A model generated the notes under the pieces. That model was not told where the DNA came from and did not search any database. It saw only the letters and a list, made by a program, of their open reading frames with translations. A stretch of 64,000 nucleotides of DNA from an uncultured Gemmataceae bacterium (GTDB lineage: Bacteria; Planctomycetota; Planctomycetia; Gemmatales; Gemmataceae): contig CAVVPN010000011.1 in assembly GCA_963750165.1 (NCBI GenBank), positions 1,728,001 through 1,792,000 of the forward strand, in the 5' to 3' direction. Below are positions 58,316 through 64,000 of this stretch, in pieces. The first letter of the stretch is position 1. Each line of letters begins with the position of its first letter. The position numbers were made by a program, and so were the translations under genes.

Positions 58316-60668
58316 GCCCCGAGAACGATAACCTGGCCAGCCTGCCGTTGCTGGCGCTGAAGAACACGGTCCTGTACCCGTACATGTTCATGCCGCTGTC
58401 GGCTGGCCGGCCCGGCTCGGTGGCGGCCGTCGAGGCGGCGCTGGCGACCGAGGAGAAGGCCCTGGCCGTCTTCGCCCAGCGCGACGCCGCCGTCGATCAG
58501 CCCGGCGGCGACGACCTGTTCCCCATCGGCACCCGCGCCGTCATCAAGAAGATGGCACGGACGCCGGAGGGGGTCGAGATGCTGGTGCAGGGGCTGGAGC
58601 GTGTAACGCTGGTGCGGCTGGAGCAGACGGAGCCGTACCTGCGGGCGCGCGTGCGACCGCTGCCGCTGCCGGAGGACCACGATCCCGAGACGGAGGGGCT
58701 GTACCGGGCCGTTCTCGATCAGGCGGTGCGCATCGTCGAGTTGACGCGGCCACAGGCGCCCATCAACATCGCCCAGCTGGCCGCCGAGGCGGAGAAGCAC
58801 GAGCAGGTGGTCTACCTGCTGGCGTCGCTGCTCAGTCTTGATCTGGCCAAGGAACAGCAGCTGCTGGAGGCGCCGTCGTTGCTGGAGGCGCTGCGTGCCC
58901 TGTACGCGGCGCTGGCCCACGAACTCCAGGTGCTGGAGGTGCGGGCCAAGATTCAGAACCAGGTGGAAACGGAGGTCAACCAGCAGCAGAAGGAGTTCCT
59001 GCTGCGGCAGCAGCTGCGTGCCATTCAGGACGAGCTGGGCGAGACCAACCCGGAGAAGGCCGAGCTGGAGGAACTGCGCAAGCGGCTGGCGGAGGCCGAT
59101 TTGCCCGACGAGGTGCGCAAGGAGGCCGACCACGAGTTCGGCCGTCTGGAGCGGCTGCCGGCCGCCGCGCCGGACTATCAGATCACACGCGGCTACCTTG
59201 AATTCATCCTGGAACTGCCCTGGCGCAAGGGCACCGAGGCAAGTATCGACCTGGAGCACGCCCGCCAGGTGCTGGACGAGGACCACTACGGTTTGAAGGA
59301 CATTAAAGAGCGGATTCTGGAGCACCTGGCGGTGCTGAAGTTGAACCCGAAGGCACGGGCGCCGATCCTGTGCCTGGTGGGGCCGCCGGGGGTGGGCAAG
59401 ACCTCCCTGGGCCAGTCGATCGCGCGGCGCTGGGGCGGAAGTTTGAGCGGCTGAGCCTGGGCGGCATGCACGACGAGGCCGAACTGCGTGGCCACCGCCG
59501 CACGTACATCGGCGCCATGCCGGGCCGGCTGTTGCAGGCGATCCGCCGGGCCGGCGTCAACAACCCCTTGATGATGCTGGACGAGGTGGACAAGGTGGGC
59601 CGCGATTTCCGCGGCGACCCCGCGGCGGCGCTGCTGGAGGTGCTGGACCCGGCGCAGAACAACAACTTCCGCGACAACTACCTGGACCTGGCGTTCGATC
59701 TGTCGCGCGTGTTCTTCATCACGACGGCGAACACGCTGGACACGATCCCGGGGCCGCTGCTGGACCGCATGGAACTGCTGCGGCTGTCGGGCTACAGCGA
59801 GGAGGAGAAGCTGGAGATCGCGCGCCGCTACCTGCTGCCGCGGCAGCTGGCCGAGGCGGGGCTGACACCAGGGGAGTTGCAGGTGTCCGACGAGGCGATC
59901 CGGCGCCTGACGGCGCGCTACACGCGCGAGGCGGGAGTGCGCGAGCTGGAGCGGGGGCTGGGCCGGCTGACGCGCAAGGTGGCGCGGCGCTTCGCGGAGG
60001 GCCACACGGAGCCGGTGGCGATCGGGCCGGAGCAGCTGGCGGAATTGCTGGGCCCGGAGCGCTTCCGGCCGGAGGCGGCACGGCGGCAGCTGGGCGCCGG
60101 CGTGGCGACGGGTTTGGCGTGGACGGAGGCTGGCGGCGAGGTGTTGTACGTGGAGGCGACGCTGCTGCCGGACGGCCACGGCGTTCGGTTGACGGGCCAA
60201 CTCGGCGACGTGATGCGCGAGTCAGCGCGGGCGGCGCAGACGTATGTGTGGAGTCACGCCCGGCAGCTGGGCATCAACCCGGAGCTGTTCCGCAAGGCGG
60301 GGGTGCATATTCATGTGCCGGCGGGCGCGGTGCCGAAGGACGGCCCGAGCGCCGGCGTGGCGATGGTGACGGCGCTGGCGTCGGCGTATGCGGATGTGCC
60401 GGCGCGGCCGGATACTGCGATGACGGGCGAGATCACGCTGAGCGGTCTGGTGCTGCCCATCGGCGGCGTCAAGGAGAAGGTGCTGGCGGCGCGGCGCGTG
60501 GGCATTCACCGCGTCATCCTGCCGCGCGACAACGAGCAGGATTTGCAGGAGTTGCCGGAGCAGGTGCGGCAGGAGATGGAGTTTATTTTGGCGGAGCGCA
60601 TTGAGGACGCGCTGGCGGCGGCGATACCGGACCTGGCGCAGCAGTTGCAGCCGATGGCGCAGGTGTAG
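58312..60668 (+). CDS. lon: Lon protease (apparent frameshift near 59427)
   Basis: LON N-domain, [37 protein letters not shown]. Confidence 0.95.
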
Positions 60669-60702
60669 GGCCAGAGTAACCCGTAGTGGATGCCGCTGTT
60701 TG

Positions 60703-60757
60703 CCCGGAGGATTCACCACAGAGCACGCGGAGAGCGCTCTGTGGTGAATCCTCCGGG
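60703..60757. repeat. TTCACCACAGAG-family hairpin between convergent genes
   Basis: CCCGGAGGATTCACCACAGAGC...GCTCTGTGGTGAATCCTCCGGG. Confidence 0.8.
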
Positions 60758-60793
60758 TTAACTCGCAAGCGGTTGAACAGACGCGCACTCGAT

Positions 60794-62137
60794 TCAATTC
60801 CCCCCCAGGCGAATCCTGATTGCCCGCTCCAGCGATTGCAGCGTGTTCGCGTCCAGCGCCCCCTCGTGCCGCCACACGCTCGTCCAGCCGTTCTCGTCGA
60901 TGAGCACCAGGGTCGGCAGGACGCGGACGAAGAAATCGCGCTGTACCGGGCAGTGGCTTTGCGCCAGCAGCAACGGGTAGTTGATGCCCAGCTTCTGCGC
61001 CGTGGCTCGCACTGCCTCGGCCTGGTCGGCCATCGTGGCGCTGGCCTCGTAGGCGATGCCGATCACTTCCAGGCCCGCGGGCCCGTACTTGCTTTGCAGG
61101 GCGACCAGATCCGGGATGGCACGGCGGCACGGCGGGCAGTGCGTCGCCCAGAAGTCGAGCAGGACCAGTTTGCCGCGCTTGCGCTCGCGGTAGATCCACG
61201 GTTGACCGTTCAGGTCGAGCAGCGTGAAGTTGACCAGCTGGCGGCCGACCAGCAGGCACGACGGCACCGCAGCACTGCTGGACGGCGGCGGATTGACGGA
61301 CGACTGCTGCGACGAGGGCACCCACGGTTTCGGCAGTTCCGGCGCCGTCTTCGGCACCGGGGACGGGATCACCACCGGCGGCGGCCGCCATTTCGGGACT
61401 TCCGCGCCGGCGATGCGGTTCGGGTCCACCGCGGGCGTCGGCTTGGTGGCGTAGGGGACGGTTTCCCAGCGCTGTTGTGGCGACGGTTGCACCTTGACCG
61501 TCGGCCGGGCGGAATCCGGCACCTGCACCTGGACGGTCGGCACCTCCCAGACGGGCACCTGCGCCGACGCCTGCTCGGCCCCGGTGGCGGCCGGCTTCTT
61601 GCTGTCGTCTTTCTTCTCCTTCTTCTTCGGCTGGAAGGCGGGCGGGTCTGGCAGCGGCGGCGTGTTCGGCGATACCTGGTCTTCACTCACCCGAATGATC
61701 GCACGGATGTTGGGCGTCTGGTAAAAGGCCGTACCCGCCAGCAGACGGTTGCCCTGCTTGCCGCGGGCGATCAACTTGTAGTGTCGGCCGGGCTTCAGGC
61801 CCTGGATGGTGAAATTGCCGAAGGCGTCCGTCTTCACGTCGATGCCCTTGTCGTTGCTGTCCTCCGCGCAGGAGAAGAGGACGTAGGACTCGGCGGGCGG
61901 CAGGCCGGTCTGCTTGATGATGACCTGGCCGGCGAGGAAGCCGGCGGTATCCACCGTGGGGCTGGCGTTCAACGGATCGACGGGCTCGCCCTTCTTGGGC
62001 CCGACGGCGACGTTGACGCCGACATTGCCGCCGCCGGGGGCAAAGTTGTTCCCGGCCGGGCGGCGGTTGAACAACTCGCAACCGCCCAGACCAAGGCAGA
62101 CCCCAACCATCAATACAACGCAGGGCACGACGCGCAC
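60794..62137 (-). CDS. Lipoprotein with carboxypeptidase-regulatory-like domain and C-terminal TlpA/redoxin domain
   Basis: LGGC lipobox, GNFTIQGLKPG, Pro-rich linker, LDFWATHCPPC; start codon uncertain. Confidence 0.8.
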   Translation of the reverse strand: MRVVPCVVLMVGVCLGLGGCELFNRRPAGNNFAPGGGNVGVNVAVGPKKGEPVDPLNASPTVDTAGFLAGQVIIKQTGLPPAESYVLFSCAEDSNDKGIDVKTDAFGNFTIQGLKPGRHYKLIARGKQGNRLLAGTAFYQTPNIRAIIRVSEDQVSPNTPPLPDPPAFQPKKKEKKDDSKKPAATGAEQASAQVPVWEVPTVQVQVPDSARPTVKVQPSPQQRWETVPYATKPTPAVDPNRIAGAEVPKWRPPPVVIPSPVPKTAPELPKPWVPSSQQSSVNPPPSSSAAVPSCLLVGRQLVNFTLLDLNGQPWIYRERKRGKLVLLDFWATHCPPCRRAIPDLVALQSKYGPAGLEVIGIAYEASATMADQAEAVRATAQKLGINYPLLLAQSHCPVQRDFFVRVLPTLVLIDENGWTSVWRHEGALDANTLQSLERAIRIRLGGN

Positions 62138-62490
62138 GGCTTGGCCCTCGCTTCTCGTTCGAGCATCAAAGTGGGTAAACTCAGAGTCGGTCCCGGGGTG
62201 CCGGACTTGCCGCACCCCGCTTCGCACCGGGCCGTCAAGAGACGCGGCCCGGCGAAGATGGGAAAACCTACAGCCCGCGACCCGCGACGGCCCGTCTTCT
62301 ATCATCGAACCGCGCCAACCGGCAGCTTGAGCAAAATCGGCGACAACGCCGGGAGCCGCGGCCGGGGCGACGCTGAAGTGCAGGCGCCGCCGCAGGCACG
62401 CGGGTCGATCGGTTCGCCCGGCTGGCCCATCCGAGACACGGGGGCCGTCCGAGGCTACAAAATTCTTTCCCCCAATTCGCGCCGCGTCAA

Positions 62491-64000
62491 ATGAAAGCGA
62501 GGGCCGCCAAGGTGGAATGGATCCGCGTGCGCGGAGCGCGCGAGCACAACCTGAACAATGTGGACGTGGACCTGCCGCGCGACCGGCTGACGGTGCTGAC
62601 CGGCCCCAGCGGTTCGGGCAAGAGTTCGCTGGCGTTCGACACGCTGTTCGCCGAGGGGCAGCGTCGCTACCTGGAGACGCTGCGCGGCGACGCCCGGCGC
62701 GCTTCGAGCAGTTACCACGGCCGGACGCCGATGTCATCGACGGCCTGCCGCCGACGCTGAGTGTGGCCCAGCACAGCGGCAGCGTCAGCCCCCGCAGCAC
62801 CCTCGCCACCCTCACCGAGATCCACGATCACCTGCGGCTGCTGTGGGCCCGCCTGGGTACGCCGCACTGCTGGCAGTGTGGGGCGCCCATCCGCCGGCAC
62901 ACCATCCCCGAGATCGTGCGGCAGACGCTGGCCCTGCCGGAGGGGGCGAAGATTTACCTCCTGGCCCCGGTGGTGCGCGGCGCGAAGGGCGACCACGCCG
63001 AGGTGTTTCAGCAGTTGCGGCAGGCGGGCTTCCTGCGGGCGCGCGTGGACGGTGTGCTGACGGAGGTGCGCGACAACCCGCGACTGAACCCGAAGGTGAG
63101 CCACACCATCGACTGGGTGGTGGACCGGTTGGTGGTGAGGCCGGGCATCGAGGAGCGGCTGACGGAGTCGCTACGGACGGCGGCCCGGCACGGCAACGGC
63201 AGCGTCATTGTCACGCACGCCGAGGAAGGCGACTGGACCGACCTGACGTTCAGCACGCGCTACGCCTGCCCCAACTGCCAGATCAGCTACGACGAACTGA
63301 CACCACGCAGCTTCAGCTTCAACAATCCGCAGGCGGCGTGCCCGCGCTGCGACGGCCTCGGCGTGGTGCTGGAGCTGGACCCGCAGCGAGTGGTGCCGCG
63401 CCGCGATCTGCCGTTGTCGCAATTGCTGAGCCGGCTGAAGGAGCAGACCGGCGGACGCGTCAAGCTGTCGAAGGCGGAGCAGGCGACGCTGCTGGAGTTG
63501 CTGGAGACGTTCCCGACGCCGCCGGGCGTGGCGTGGGGGCCGAAGACGCCGCTGGCGCTGTGGCCGGAAGCGGTATTCGCGGTGCTGCTGCACGGCCGCG
63601 ACGACACGGTGCCGCCGCTGCCGGGACTGCTGCCGCAGCTGCGCCGGCTGGGTGAAGCGGAAGACGGCGCGGACGGTGACAGCCCGTTGACACTGGACGA
63701 CTTCGCGGGGCAGCTGCCGTGTCCGGAGTGCGGCGGGGCGCGGCTGCGGCCGGAGGCGCGATCGGTGCGCTTCGCCGGACGCGCGCTGCATGAGGTCACG
63801 GCGCTGACGGTGGACGCGGCGCTGGCGTGGTTCTCTTCCGCCGCTTGCGGCTTGGCGGGGAGCGCCTCGCTGGCGCTCCCCGCCAAGCCGCAAGCGGCAG
63901 ACCAGACGGCGCAGAGCGCCATCAAAACCGTCCTCTTCCGCGAAATCACGCACCGGCTGCACTTCCTGCAAGAAGTCGGCCTCGGCTACCTGACGCTGGA
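62491..64000 (+). CDS. uvrA: Excinuclease ABC subunit A, partial (apparent frameshift near 62697)
   Basis: [66 protein letters not shown]; runs off the window. Confidence 0.92.
63840..63898. repeat. Perfect 27-bp palindrome inside the uvrA coding frame
   Basis: GCCGCTTGCGGCTTGGCGGGGAGCGCC-TCGCT-GGCGCTCCCCGCCAAGCCGCAAGCGGC; arms shared with 56503-56661. Confidence 0.88.

Overview
GC-rich bacterial chromosomal window. Gene content (fhcD, Ser/Thr kinase-WD40, HEAT proteins, several palindromic repeat families) suggests a planctomycete, Gemmataceae-like; this is inference. It holds housekeeping genes (PIN/TRAM, dGTPase, HIT, argS, rsfS, tRNA-Ala, hsp20-lon, partial uvrA) and a TolC/adaptor/ABC exporter downstream of a GNAT-aminotransferase fusion. 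It also holds a ~1370-aa PilX-like protein, a Cys-rich flavoprotein/radical SAM/metallophosphoesterase trio, and a full alternative complex III plus caa3-type oxidase cluster preceded by csrA. The best-supported special feature is a complete 2450-nt group IIA intron (26244-28693, RT/maturase/HNH) inside the conserved motif of a Rad52/Rad22-family gene; removing it restores a 281-aa ORF. Other signals: a palindromic repeat inserted in frame in uvrA, a partial promoter/gene duplication, back-to-back sigma54-like motifs, and about 14 frameshifts almost all at GCGC sites, probably methylation-linked sequencing errors. No database searches were run; product calls come from motif recognition.
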